A stretch of DNA of 64,000 bases from Eledone cirrhosa (lineage: Eukaryota), in the NCBI GenBank assembly GCA_964016885.1, contig CAXHJY010000096.1:1302001-1366000 (forward strand), read 5' to 3'. Made by a program: the position numbers and the translations under genes. The notes beneath the pieces are model-generated. The model saw nothing but the letters and a program-made list of their open reading frames with translations. It was not told where the DNA came from and searched no databases. Below, in pieces: positions 11,371-25,100 of the stretch (position 1 is its first letter; every line of letters starts with the position of its first letter).

Positions 11371-14300
11371 AGATAATTTGTAAAAAAAAATCAGGGGGAG
11401 ATAATTTGTAAAAAAAAATCAGGGGGAGATAATTTGTAAAAAAAATGAAAGGGGAGATAATATCCAGCCGTCCAAGGGGAGATAATTTCCAGCCGTCCAA
11501 GGGGAGATAATTTCCAGCCGTCCAAGGGGAGATAATTTCCATCCTTCCAAGGGGATATAATTTCCAGCCGTCCAAAGGGAGATAATTTCCATCCTTCCAA
11601 GGGGATATAATTTCCAGCCGTCCAAGGGGAGATAATTTTCAGCCGTCCAAGGAGAGGTAATTTCTAGCCGTCCAAGGAGAGATAATTTCCAGCCGTCCAA
11701 GGGGAGATAATTTCCAGCCGTCCAAGGGGAGATAATTTCCAGCCGTCCAAGGAGACATATTTTCCAGCCGTCCAAGGAGAGGTAATTCCTAGCCGTCCAA
11801 GGGGAGATAAATTCCAGCCTCCAAGGGGAGATAATTTCCAGCCAGCCAAGGGGAGATAATTTGTAAAAAAAATCAGGGGGAGATAATTTGTAAAAAAAAT
11901 CAGGGGGAGATAATTTGTAAAAAAAAATCAGGGGGAGATAATTTGTAAAAAATAATCAGGGGGAGATAATTTGTAAAAAAAATCAAGGGGAGATAATTTC
12001 CAGCCGTCCAAGGGGAGATAATTTTCAGCCGTCCAAGGGGAGATAATTTCCCGCCAGCCAAGGGAAGATAATATTTAAAAAAATTAGGCGGAGATAATTT
12101 GTAAAAAAAATCAGGGGGAGATAATTTGTAAAAAAATCAGGGGGAGATAATTTGTAAAAAAAATCAGGGGGAGATAATTTGTAAAAAAAATCAGGGGGAG
12201 ATAATTTGTAAAAAAAAATCAGGGGGAGATAATTTGAAAAAAATATCAAGGGGAGATAATTTCCAGCCCTCCAAGGGGCTATAATTTCCAGCGTCCAAGG
12301 GGAGATAATTTCCAGCCAGCGAAGGGGAGATAATTTTTTTTAAAAAATCATTGGGAGATTTGTAAAAAAAATCAGGGGGAGATAATTTGTAAAAAAAATC
12401 AAGGGGAGATAATTTCCAGCCGTCCAAGGGGAGGTAATATCTAGCCGTCCAAGGGGAGATAATTTCCAGCCGTCCAAGGGGAGATAATTTCCAGCCGTCC
12501 AAGGGTAGATAATATCCAGCCGTCCAAGGACATATTTTCCAGCCGTCCAAGGAGAGGTAATTTCTAGCCGTCCAAGGGGAGATAAATTCCAGCCTCCAAG
12601 GTGAGATAATTTCCAGCCAGCCAAGGGGAGATAATTTGTAAAAAAAATCAAGGGGAGATAATTTCCAGCCGTCCAAGGGGAGATAATTTCCCGCCAGCCA
12701 AGGGAAGATAATATTTAAAAAAATCAGGCGGAGATAATTTGTAAAAAAATCAGGGGGAGATAATTTGTAAAAAAATCAGGGGGAGATAATTTGTAAAAAA
12801 AAAATCAGGGGGAGATAATTTGTAAAAAAAATCAGGGGGAGATAATTTGTAAAAAAAAATCAGGGGTAGATAAATTGTAAAAAAAAATCAGGGGGAGATA
12901 ATTTGTAAAAAAAATCAGGGGGAGATAATTTGTAAAAAAAATGAAAGGGGAGATAATATCCAGCCGTCCAAGGGGAGATAATTTCCAGCCGTCCAAGGGG
13001 AGATAATTTCCAGCCGTCCAAGGGGAGATAATTTCCATCCTTCCAAGGGGATATAATTTCCAGCCGTCCAAGGGGAGATAATTTCCCGCCAGCCAAGGGA
13101 AGATAATTTTTAAAAAAATCAGGCGGAGATTGTAAAAAAAATCAGGGGGGAGATAATTTGTAAAAACATCAGGGGGAGATAATTTGTAAAAAAAAATCAG
13201 GGGGAGATAATTTGTAAAAAATAATCAGGGGGAGATAATTTGTAAAAAAAAATCAAGGGGAGATAATTTCCAGCCGTCCAAGGGGAGATAATTTCCCGCC
13301 AGCCAAGGGAAGATAATATTTAAAAAAATTAGGCGGAGATAATTTGTAAAAAAAATCAGGGGGAGATAATTTGTAAAAAAATCAGGGGGAGATAATTTGT
13401 AAAAAAAATCAGGGGGAGATAATTTGTAAAAAAAATCATGGGGAGATAATTTGTAAAAAAAAATCAGGGGTAGATAATTTGTAAAAAAAAATCAGGGGGA
13501 GATAATTTGTAAAAAAAAATCAGGGGGAGATAATTTGTAAAAAAAATCAAGGGGAGATAATTTCCAGCCGTCCAAGGGGAGATAATTTTCAGCTGTCCAA
13601 GGAGAGGTAATTTCTAGCCGTCCAAGGGGAGATAATTTCCAGCCGTCCAAGGGGAGGTAATTTCCAGCCGTCCAAGGGGAGATAATTTAAAAAAAAAAAT
13701 CAGGCGGAGATAATTTGTAAAAAAAATCAAGGGGAGATAATTTGCAGCCGTCCAAGGGGAGATAATTTTCAGTCGTCCAAGGAGAGGTAATTTCTAGCCG
13801 TCCAAGGGGAGATAATTGCCAGCCGTCCAAGGGGAGATAATTTCCAGCCGTCCAAGGGGAGATAATTTTTTTTAAAAAATCAGGCGGAGATAATTTGTAA
13901 AAAAAATCAGGGGGAGATAATTTGTAAACAAAATCAGGGGGAGATAATTTGTAAAAAAAAATCAGGGGGAGATAATTTGTAAAAAAAATCATGGAGAGAT
14001 AATTTCCAGCCGTCCAAGGTGAGATAATTTCCAGCCGTCCAAGGAGACATATTTTCCAGCCGTCCAAGGCGAGGTAATTTCTAGCCGTCCAAGGGGAGAT
14101 AAATTCCAGCCTCCAAGGGGAGATAATTTCCAGCCAGCCAAGTGGAGATAATTTGTAAAAAAATCAGGGGGAGATAATTTGTAAAAAATATCAGGGAGAT
14201 AATTTGTAAAAAAAAATCGGGGGAGATAATTTGTAAAAAAAATCAGGGGGAGATAATTTGTAAAAAAAAATCAGGGGGAGATAATTTGTAAAAAAAATCA

Positions 14301-17300
14301 AGGGGAGATAATTTTCAGCCGTCCAAGGGGAGATAATTTCCCGCCAGCCATGGGAAGATAATATTTAAAAAAATCAGGCGGAGATAATTTGTAAAAAAAA
14401 TCAGGGGGAGATAATTTGTAAAAAAATCAGGGGGAGATAATTTGTAAAAAAAAAATCAGGGGGAGATAATTTGTAAAAAAAATCAGGGGGAGATAATTTG
14501 TAAAAAAAAATCAAGGGGAGATAATTTCCAGCCGTCCAAGGGGATATAATTTCCAGCCGTCCAAGGGGAGATAATTTCCATCCTTCCAAGGGGATATAAT
14601 TTCCAGCCGTCCAAGGGGAGATAATTTCCCGCCAGCCAAGGGAAGATAATTTTTAAAAAAATCAGGCGGAGATTGTAAAAAAAAAAAGGGGGGAGATAAT
14701 TTGTAAAAAAATCAGGAGGAGATAATTTGTAAAAAATAATCAGGGGGAGATAATTTGTAAAAAAATTCAAGGGGAGATAATTTCCAGCCGTCCAAGGGGA
14801 GATAATTTCCCGCCAGCCAAGGGAAGATAATATTTAAAAAAATTAGGCGGAGATAATTTGTAAAAAAAATCAGGGGGAGATAATTTGTAAAAAAATCAGG
14901 GGGAGATAATTTGTAAAAAAAATCAGGGGGAGATAATTTGTAAAAAAAATCATGGGGAGATAATTTGTAAAAAAAAATCAGGGGTAGATAATTTGTAAAA
15001 AAAAATCAGGGGGAGATAATTTGTAAAAAAAAATCAGGGGGAGATAATTTGTAAAAAAAATCAAGGGGAGATAATATCCAGCCGTCCAAGGAGAGATAAT
15101 TTAAAAAAAAAATGAGGCGGAGATAATTTGTAAAAAAAAAATCAGGGGGAGTTAATTTGTAAAAAAAAATGAGGGGGAGATAATTTGTAAAAAAAATCAA
15201 GGGGAGATAATTTCCAGCCGTCCAAGGGGAGATAATTTTCAGCCGTCCAAGGAGAGGTAATTTCTAGCCGTCCAAGGGGAGATAATTTCCAGCCGTCCAA
15301 GGGGAGGTAATTTCCAGCCGTCCAAGGGGAGATAAATTAAAAAAAAAATCAGGCGGAGATAATTTGTAAAAAAAATCAAGGGGAGATAATTTGCAGCCGT
15401 CCAATGGGAGATAATTTTCAGTCGTCCAAGGAGAGGTAATTTCTAGCCGTCCAAGGGGAGATAATTTCCAGCCGTCCAAGGGGAGATAATTTCCAGCCGT
15501 CCAAGGGGAGATAATTTTTTTTTAAAAATCAGGCGGAGATAATTTGTAAAAAAAATCAGGGGGAGATAATTTGTAAACAAAATCAGGGGGAGATAATTTG
15601 TAAAAAAAAATCAGGGGGAGATAATTTGTAAAAAAAATTAGGCGTAGATAATTTGTAAAAAAAAATCAGGGGGAGATAATTTGTAAAAAAAAATCAGGGG
15701 GAGATAATTTGTTTAAAAAATCAAGGGGAGATAATTTGCAGCCGTCCAAGGGGAGATAATTTTCAGCCGTCCAAGGAGAGGTAATTTCTAGCCGTTCAAG
15801 GGGAGATAATTTCCAGCCGTCCAAGGGGAGATAATTTCCAGCCGTCCAAGGGGAGATAATTTTTTTTTAAAAATCAGGCGGACATAATTTGTAAAAAAAA
15901 ATCAGGGGGAGATAATTCGTAAAAAAAAATCAGGGGGAGATAATTTGTAAAAAAAAATCAGGGGGAGATAATTTGTAAAAAAAATCAAGGGGAGATAATT
16001 TCCAGCCGTCCAAGGGAAGATAATTTCCAGCCCTCCAAGGGGCTATAATTTCCAGCGTCCAAGGGGAGATAATTTCCAGCCAGCGAAGGGGAGATAATTT
16101 TTTTAAAAAAATCATTGGGAGATTTGTAAAAAAAATCAGGGGGAGATAATTTGTAAAAAAAATCAAGGGGAGATAATTTCCAGCCGTCCAAGGGGAGGTA
16201 ATATCTAGCCGTCCAAGGGTAGATAATTTCCAGCCGTCCAACGGGAGATAATTTCCAGCCGTCCAAGGGTAGATAATATCCAGCCGCCCAAGGACATATT
16301 TTCCAGCCGTCCAAGGAGAGGTAATTTCTAGCCGTCCAAGGGGAGATAATTTCCAGCCGTCCAAGGGTAGATAATATCCAGCCGTCCAAGGACATATTTT
16401 CCAGCCGTCCAAGGAGAGGTAATTTCTAGCCGTCCAAGGGGAGATAAATTCCAGCCTCCAAGGGGAGATAATTTCCAGCCAGCCAAGGGGAGATAATTTG
16501 TAAAAAAATCAGGGGGAGATAATTTGTAAAAAAAATCAGGGGGAGATAATTTGTAAAAAAAAATCAGGGGGAGATAATTTGTAAAAAAAAATCAGGGGGA
16601 GATAATTTGTAAAAAAAATGAAAGGGGAGATAATATCCAGCCGTCCAAGGGGAGATAATTTCCAGCCGTCCAAGGGGAGATAATTTCCAGCCGTCCAAGG
16701 GGAGATAATTTCCATCCTTCCAAGGGGATATAATTTCCAGCCGTCCAAAGGGAGATAATTTCCATCCTTCCAAGGGGATATAATTTCCAGCCGTCCAAGG
16801 GGAGATAATTTTCAGCCGTCCAAGGAGAGGTAATTTCTAGCCGTCCAAGGAGAGATAATTTCCAGCCGTCCAAGGGGAGATAATTTCCAGCCGTCCAAGG
16901 GGAGATAATTTCCAGCCGTCCAAGGAGACATATTTTCCAGCCGTCCAAGGAGAGGTAATTCCTAGCCGTCCAAGGGGAGATAAATTCCAGCCTCCAAGGG
17001 GAGATAATTTCCAGCCAGCCAAGGGGAGATAATTTGTAAAAAAAATCAGGGGGAGATAATTTGTAAAAAAAATCAGGGGGAGATAATTTGTAAAAAAAAA
17101 TCAGGGGGAGATAATTTGTAAAAAATAATCAGGGGGAGATAATTTGTAAAAAAAATCAAGGGGAGATAATTTCCAGCCGTCCAAGGGGAGATAATTTTCA
17201 GCCGTCCAAGGGGAGATAATTTCCCGCCAGCCAAGGGAAGATAATATTTAAAAAAATTAGGCGGAGATAATTTGTAAAAAAAATCAGGGGGAGATAATTT

Positions 17301-20300
17301 GTAAAAAAATCAGGGGGAGATAATTTGTAAAAAAAATCAGGGGGAGATAATTTGTAAAAAAAATCAGGGGGAGATAATTTGTAAAAAAAAATCAGGGGGA
17401 GATAATTTGAAAAAAATATCAAGGGGAGATAATTTCCAGCCCTCCAAGGGGCTATAATTTCCAGCGTCCAAGGGGAGATAATTTCCAGCCAGCGAAGGGG
17501 AGATAATTTTTTTTAAAAAATCATTGGGAGATTTGTAAAAAAAATCAGGGGGAGATAATTTGTAAAAAAAATCAAGGGGAGATAATTTCCAGCCGTCCAA
17601 GGGGAGGTAATATCTAGCCGTCCAAGGGGAGATAATTTCCAGCCGTCCAAGGGGAGATAATTTCCAGCCGTCCAAGGGTAGATAATATCCAGCCGTCCAA
17701 GGACATATTTTCCAGCCGTCCAAGGAGAGGTAATTTCTAGCCGTCCAAGGGGAGATAAATTCCAGCCTCCAAGGTGAGATAATTTCCAGCCAGCCAAGGG
17801 GAGATAATTTGTAAAAAAAATCAAGGGGAGATAATTTCCAGCCGTCCAAGGGGAGATAATTTCCCGCCAGCCAAGGGAAGATAATATTTAAAAAAATCAG
17901 GCGGAGATAATTTGTAAAAAAATCAGGGGGAGATAATTTGTAAAAAAATCAGGGGGAGATAATTTGTAAAAAAAAAATCAGGGGGAGATAATTTGTAAAA
18001 AAAATCAGGGGGAGATAATTTGTAAAAAAAAATCAGGGGTAGATAAATTGTAAAAAAAAATCAGGGGGAGATAATTTGTAAAAAAAATCAGGGGGAGATA
18101 ATTTGTAAAAAAAATGAAAGGGGAGATAATATCCAGCCGTCCAAGGGGAGATAATTTCCAGCCGTCCAAGGGGAGATAATTTCCAGCCGTCCAAGGGGAG
18201 ATAATTTCCATCCTTCCAAGGGGATATAATTTCCAGCCGTCCAAGGGGAGATAATTTCCCGCCAGCCAAGGGAAGATAATTTTTAAAAAAATCAGGCGGA
18301 GATTGTAAAAAAAATCAGGGGGGAGATAATTTGTAAAAACATCAGGGGGAGATAATTTGTAAAAAAAAATCAGGGGGAGATAATTTGTAAAAAATAATCA
18401 GGGGGAGATAATTTGTAAAAAAAAATCAAGGGGAGATAATTTCCAGCCGTCCAAGGGGAGATAATTTCCCGCCAGCCAAGGGAAGATAATATTTAAAAAA
18501 ATTAGGCGGAGATAATTTGTAAAAAAAATCAGGGGGAGATAATTTGTAAAAAAATCAGGGGGAGATAATTTGTAAAAAAAATCAGGGGGAGATAATTTGT
18601 AAAAAAAATCATGGGGAGATAATTTGTAAAAAAAAATCAGGGGTAGATAATTTGTAAAAAAAAATCAGGGGGAGATAATTTGTAAAAAAAAATCAGGGGG
18701 AGATAATTTGTAAAAAAAATCAAGGGGAGATAATTTCCAGCCGTCCAAGGGGAGATAATTTTCAGCTGTCCAAGGAGAGGTAATTTCTAGCCGTCCAAGG
18801 GGAGATAATTTCCAGCCGTCCAAGGGGAGGTAATTTCCAGCCGTCCAAGGGGAGATAATTTAAAAAAAAAAATCAGGCGGAGATAATTTGTAAAAAAAAT
18901 CAAGGGGAGATAATTTGCAGCCGTCCAAGGGGAGATAATTTTCAGTCGTCCAAGGAGAGGTAATTTCTAGCCGTCCAAGGGGAGATAATTGCCAGCCGTC
19001 CAAGGGGAGATAATTTCCAGCCGTCCAAGGGGAGATAATTTTTTTTAAAAAATCAGGCGGAGATAATTTGTAAAAAAAATCAGGGGGAGATAATTTGTAA
19101 ACAAAATCAGGGGGAGATAATTTGTAAAAAAAAATCAGGGGGAGATAATTTGTAAAAAAAATCATGGAGAGATAATTTCCAGCCGTCCAAGGTGAGATAA
19201 TTTCCAGCCGTCCAAGGAGACATATTTTCCAGCCGTCCAAGGCGAGGTAATTTCTAGCCGTCCAAGGGGAGATAAATTCCAGCCTCCAAGGGGAGATAAT
19301 TTCCAGCCAGCCAAGTGGAGATAATTTGTAAAAAAATCAGGGGGAGATAATTTGTAAAAAATATCAGGGAGATAATTTGTAAAAAAAAATCGGGGGAGAT
19401 AATTTGTAAAAAAAATCAGGGGGAGATAATTTGTAAAAAAAAATCAGGGGGAGATAATTTGTAAAAAAAATCAAGGGGAGATAATTTTCAGCCGTCCAAG
19501 GGGAGATAATTTCCCGCCAGCCATGGGAAGATAATATTTAAAAAAATCAGGCGGAGATAATTTGTAAAAAAAATCAGGGGGAGATAATTTGTAAAAAAAT
19601 CAGGGGGAGATAATTTGTAAAAAAAAAATCAGGGGGAGATAATTTGTAAAAAAAATCAGGGGGAGATAATTTGTAAAAAAAAATCAAGGGGAGATAATTT
19701 CCAGCCGTCCAAGGGGATATAATTTCCAGCCGTCCAAGGGGAGATAATTTCCATCCTTCCAAGGGGATATAATTTCCAGCCGTCCAAGGGGAGATAATTT
19801 CCCGCCAGCCAAGGGAAGATAATTTTTAAAAAAATCAGGCGGAGATTGTAAAAAAAAAAAGGGGGGAGATAATTTGTAAAAAAATCAGGAGGAGATAATT
19901 TGTAAAAAATAATCAGGGGGAGATAATTTGTAAAAAAATTCAAGGGGAGATAATTTCCAGCCGTCCAAGGGGAGATAATTTCCCGCCAGCCAAGGGAAGA
20001 TAATATTTAAAAAAATTAGGCGGAGATAATTTGTAAAAAAAATCAGGGGGAGATAATTTGTAAAAAAATCAGGGGGAGATAATTTGTAAAAAAAATCAGG
20101 GGGAGATAATTTGTAAAAAAAATCATGGGGAGATAATTTGTAAAAAAAAATCAGGGGTAGATAATTTGTAAAAAAAAATCAGGGGGAGATAATTTGTAAA
20201 AAAAAATCAGGGGGAGATAATTTGTAAAAAAAATCAAGGGGAGATAATATCCAGCCGTCCAAGGAGAGATAATTTAAAAAAAAAATGAGGCGGAGATAAT

Positions 20301-21782
20301 TTGTAAAAAAAAAATCAGGGGGAGTTAATTTGTAAAAAAAAATGAGGGGGAGATAATTTGTAAAAAAAATCAAGGGGAGATAATTTCCAGCCGTCCAAGG
20401 GGAGATAATTTTCAGCCGTCCAAGGAGAGGTAATTTCTAGCCGTCCAAGGGGAGATAATTTCCAGCCGTCCAAGGGGAGGTAATTTCCAGCCGTCCAAGG
20501 GGAGATAAATTAAAAAAAAAATCAGGCGGAGATAATTTGTAAAAAAAATCAAGGGGAGATAATTTGCAGCCGTCCAATGGGAGATAATTTTCAGTCGTCC
20601 AAGGAGAGGTAATTTCTAGCCGTCCAAGGGGAGATAATTTCCAGCCGTCCAAGGGGAGATAATTTCCAGCCGTCCAAGGGGAGATAATTTTTTTTTAAAA
20701 ATCAGGCGGAGATAATTTGTAAAAAAAATCAGGGGGAGATAATTTGTAAACAAAATCAGGGGGAGATAATTTGTAAAAAAAAATCAGGGGGAGATAATTT
20801 GTAAAAAAAATTAGGCGTAGATAATTTGTAAAAAAAAATCAGGGGGAGATAATTTGTAAAAAAAAATCAGGGGGAGATAATTTGTTTAAAAAATCAAGGG
20901 GAGATAATTTGCAGCCGTCCAAGGGGAGATAATTTTCAGCCGTCCAAGGAGAGGTAATTTCTAGCCGTTCAAGGGGAGATAATTTCCAGCCGTCCAAGGG
21001 GAGATAATTTCCAGCCGTCCAAGGGGAGATAATTTTTTTTTAAAAATCAGGCGGACATAATTTGTAAAAAAAAATCAGGGGGAGATAATTCGTAAAAAAA
21101 AATCAGGGGGAGATAATTTGTAAAAAAAAATCAGGGGGAGATAATTTGTAAAAAAAATCAAGGGGAGATAATTTCCAGCCGTCCAAGGGAAGATAATTTC
21201 CAGCCCTCCAAGGGGCTATAATTTCCAGCGTCCAAGGGGAGATAATTTCCAGCCAGCGAAGGGGAGATAATTTTTTTAAAAAAATCATTGGGAGATTTGT
21301 AAAAAAAATCAGGGGGAGATAATTTGTAAAAAAAATCAAGGGGAGATAATTTCCAGCCGTCCAAGGGGAGGTAATATCTAGCCGTCCAAGGGTAGATAAT
21401 TTCCAGCCGTCCAACGGGAGATAATTTCCAGCCGTCCAAGGGTAGATAATATCCAGCCGCCCAAGGACATATTTTCCAGCCGTCCAAGGAGAGGTAATTT
21501 CTAGCCGTCCAAGGGGAGATAATTTCCAGCCGTCCAAGGGTAGATAATATCCAGCCGTCCAAGGACATATTTTCCAGCCGTCCAAGGAGAGGTAATTTCT
21601 AGCCGTCCAAGGGGAGATAAATTCCAGCCTCCAAGGGGAGATAATTTCCAGCCAGCCAAGGGGAGATAATTTGTAAAAAAATCAGGGGGAGATAATTTGT
21701 AAAAAAAATCAGGGGGAGATAATTTGTAAAAAAAAATCAGGGGGAGATAATTTGTAAAAAAAAATCAGGGGGAGATAATTTG
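11371..21782 (+). repeat. Near-perfect tandem duplication, period 5,173 bp (2 copies)
   Basis: All ORFs from 11391 to 15985 recur at +5,173 with identical translations. Private markers are TCCAAAGGGA (11571/16744), TTTGAAAAAAATATC (~12233/17406) and GTAAAAACATC (~13160/18333). Confidence 0.93.
13540..15960 (+). repeat. More divergent module family U (about 2.4 kb) with many private variants
   Basis: Markers TTTGCAGCC, TTTTCAGTCG, AATTGCCAG, GTAAACAAAA, CATGGAGAG, GGCGTAG, GTTTAAAAAA, CCGTTCAAG and ATTCGT. Full copies lie at about 18.7-21.1 kb and 58.0-60.55 kb. Partial copies lie at about 24.8, 28.6, 33.75, 37.8, 41.6 and 45.7 kb. Confidence 0.85.
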
Positions 21783-22199
21783 CAAAAAAAATCAGGGGGA
21801 GATAATTTGTAAAAAAAAATCAGGGGTAGATAATTTGTAAAAAAAAATCAGGGGGAGATAATTTGTAAAAAAAAATCAGGGGGAGATAATTTGTAAAAAA
21901 AATCAAGGGGAGATAATTTCCAGCCGTCCAAGGAGAGATAATTTAAAAAAAAATCAGGCGGAGATAATTTGTAAAAAAAAATCAGGGGGAGATAATTTGT
22001 AAAAAAAAATCAGGGGGAGATAATTTGTAAAAAAAAATCAGGGGGAGATAATTTGTAAAAAAAATCAGGAGGAGATAATTTGTAAAAAAAATCAAGGGGA
22101 GATAATTTCCAGCCGTCCAAGGAGAGATAATTTAAAAAAAAATCAGGCGGAGATAATTTGTAAAAAAAAATCAGGGGGAGATAATTTGTAAAAAAAAAT

Positions 22200-25100
22200 C
22201 AGGGGGAGATAATTTGTAAAAAAAATCAAGGGGAGATAATTTCCAGCCGTCCAAGGGGAGATAATTTTCAGCCGTCCAAGGGGAGATAATTTCCCGCCAG
22301 CCAAGGGAAGATAATATTCAAAAAAATCAGGCGGAGATAATTTGTAAAAAAAATCAGGGGGAGATAATTTGTAAAAAAATCAGGGGGAGATAATTTGTAA
22401 AAAAAAAAATCAGGGGGAGATAATTTTTAAAAAAAATCAGGGGGAGATAATTTGTAAAAAAAAATCAGGGGTAGATAATTTGTAAAAAAAAATCAGGGGG
22501 AGATAATTTGTAAAAAAAAATCAGGGGGAGATAATTTGTAAAAAAAATGAAAGGGGAGATAATATCCAGCCGTCCAAGGGGAGATAATTTCCAGCCGTCC
22601 AAGGGGAGATAATTTCCAGCCGTCCAAGGAGAGATAATTTCCATCCTTCCAAGGGGATATAATTTCCAGCCGTCCAAGGGGAGATAATTTCCATCCTTCC
22701 AAGGGGATATAATTTCCAGCCGTCCAAGGGGAGATAATTTTCAGCCGTCCAAGGAGAGGTAATTTCTAGCCGTCCAAGGAGAGATAATTTCCAGCCGTCC
22801 AAGGGGAGATAATTTCCAGCCGTCCAAGGGGAGATAATTTCCAGCCGTCCAAGGAGACATATTTTCCAGCCGTCCAAGGAGAGGTAATTCCTAGCCGTCC
22901 AAGGGGAGATAAATTCCAGCCTCCAAGGGGAGATAATTTCCAGCCAGCCAAGGGGAGATAATTTGTAAAAAAAATCAGGGGGAGATAATTTGTAAAAAAA
23001 ATCAGGGGGAGATAATTTGTAAAAAAAAATCAGGGGGAGATAATTTGTAAAAAATAATCAGGGGGAGATAATTTGTAAAAAAAATCAAGGGGTGATAATT
23101 TCCAGCCGTCCAAGGGGAGATAATTTTCAGCCGTCCAAGGGGAGATAATTTCCCGCCAGCCAAGGGAAGATAATATTTAAAAAAATTAGGCGGAGATAAT
23201 TTGTAAAAAAAATCAGGGGGAGATAATTTGTAAAAAAATCAGGGGGAGATAATTTGTAAAAAAAATCAGGGGGAGATAATTTGTAAAAAAAATCAGGGGG
23301 AGATAATTTGTAAAAAAAAATCAGGGGGAGATAATTTGTAAAAAAAATCAAGGGGAGATAATTTCCAGCCGTCCAAGGGAAGATAATTTCCAGCCCTCCA
23401 AGGGGCTATAATTTCCAGCGTCCAAGGGGAGATAATTTCCAGCCAGCGAAGGGGAGATAATTTTTTTTTAAAAATCATTGGGAGATTTGTAAAAAAAATC
23501 AGGGGGAGATAATTTGTAAAAAAAATCAAGGGGAGATAATTTCCAGCCGTCCAAGGGGAGGTAATATCTAGCCGTCCAAGGGGAGATAATTTCCAGCCGT
23601 CCAAGGGGAGATAATTTCCAGCCGTCCAAGGGTAGATAATATCCAGCCGTCCAAGGACATATTTTCCAGCCGTCCAAGGAGAGGTAATTTCTAGCCGTCC
23701 AAGGGGAGATAAATTCCAGCCTCCAAGGTGAGATAATTTCCAGCCAGCCAAGGGGAGATAATTTGTAAAAAAATCAGGGGGAGATAATTTGTAAAAAAAA
23801 TCAGGGGGAGATAATTTGTAAAAAAAAATCAGGGGGAGATAATTTGTAAAAAAAATCAGGGGGAGATAATTTGTAAAAAAAAATCAGGGGGAGATAATTT
23901 GTAAAAAAAATCAAGGGGAGATAATTTCCAGCCGTCCAAGGGGAGATAATTTCCCGCCAGCCAAGGGAAGATAATATTTAAAAAAATCAGGCGGAGATAA
24001 TTTGTAAAAAAAATCAGGGGGAGATAATTTGTAAAAAAATCAGGGGGAGATAATTTGTAAAAAAAAAATCAGGGGGAGATAATTTGTAAAAAAAATCAGG
24101 GGGAGATAATTTGTAAAAAAAAATCAGGGGTAGATAAATTGTAAAAAAAAATCAGGGGGAGATAATTTGTAAAAAAAATCAGGGGGAGATAATTTGTAAA
24201 AAAAATGAAAGGGGAGATAATATCCAGCCGTCCAAGGGGAGATAATTTCCAGCCGTCCAAGGGGAGATAATTTCCAGCCGTCCAAGGGGAGATAATTTCC
24301 ATCCTTCCAAGGGGATATAATTTCCAGCCGTCCAAGGGGAGATAATTTCCCGCCAGCCAAGGGAAGATAATTTTTAAAAAAATCAGGCGGAGATTGTAAA
24401 AAAAATCAGGGGGGAGATAATTTGTAAAAAAATCAGGGGGAGATAATTTGTAAAAAATAATCAGGGGGAGATAATTTGTAAAAAAAAATCAAGGGGAGAT
24501 AATTTCCAGCCGTCCAAGGGGAGATAATTTCCCGCCAGCCAAGGGAAGATAATATTTAAAAAAATTAGGCGGAGATAATTTGTAAAAAAAATCAGGGGGA
24601 GATAATTTGTAAAAAAATCAGGGGGAGATAATTTGTAAAAAAAATCAGGGGGAGATAATTTGTAAAAAAAATCATGGGGAGATAATTTGTAAAAAAAAAT
24701 CAGGGGTAGATAATTTGTAAAAAAAAATCAGGGGGAGATAATTTGTAAAAAAAAATCAGGGGGAGATAATTTGTAAAAAAAATCAAGGGGAGATAATTTC
24801 CAGCCGTCCAAGGGGAGATAATTTTCAGCTGTCCAAGGAGAGGTAATTTCTAGCCGTCCAAGGGGAGATAATTTCCAGCCGTCCAAGGGGAGGTAATTTC
24901 CAGCCGTCCAAGGGGAGATAATTTTAAAAAAAAAATCAGGCGGAGATAATTTGTAAAAAAAATCAAGGGGAGATAATTTGCAGCCGTCCAAGGGGAGATA
25001 ATTTTCAGTCGTCCAAGGAGAGGTAATTTCTAGCCGTCCAAGGGGAGATAATTGCCAGCCGTCCAAGGGGAGATAATTTCCAGCCGTCCAAGGGGAGATA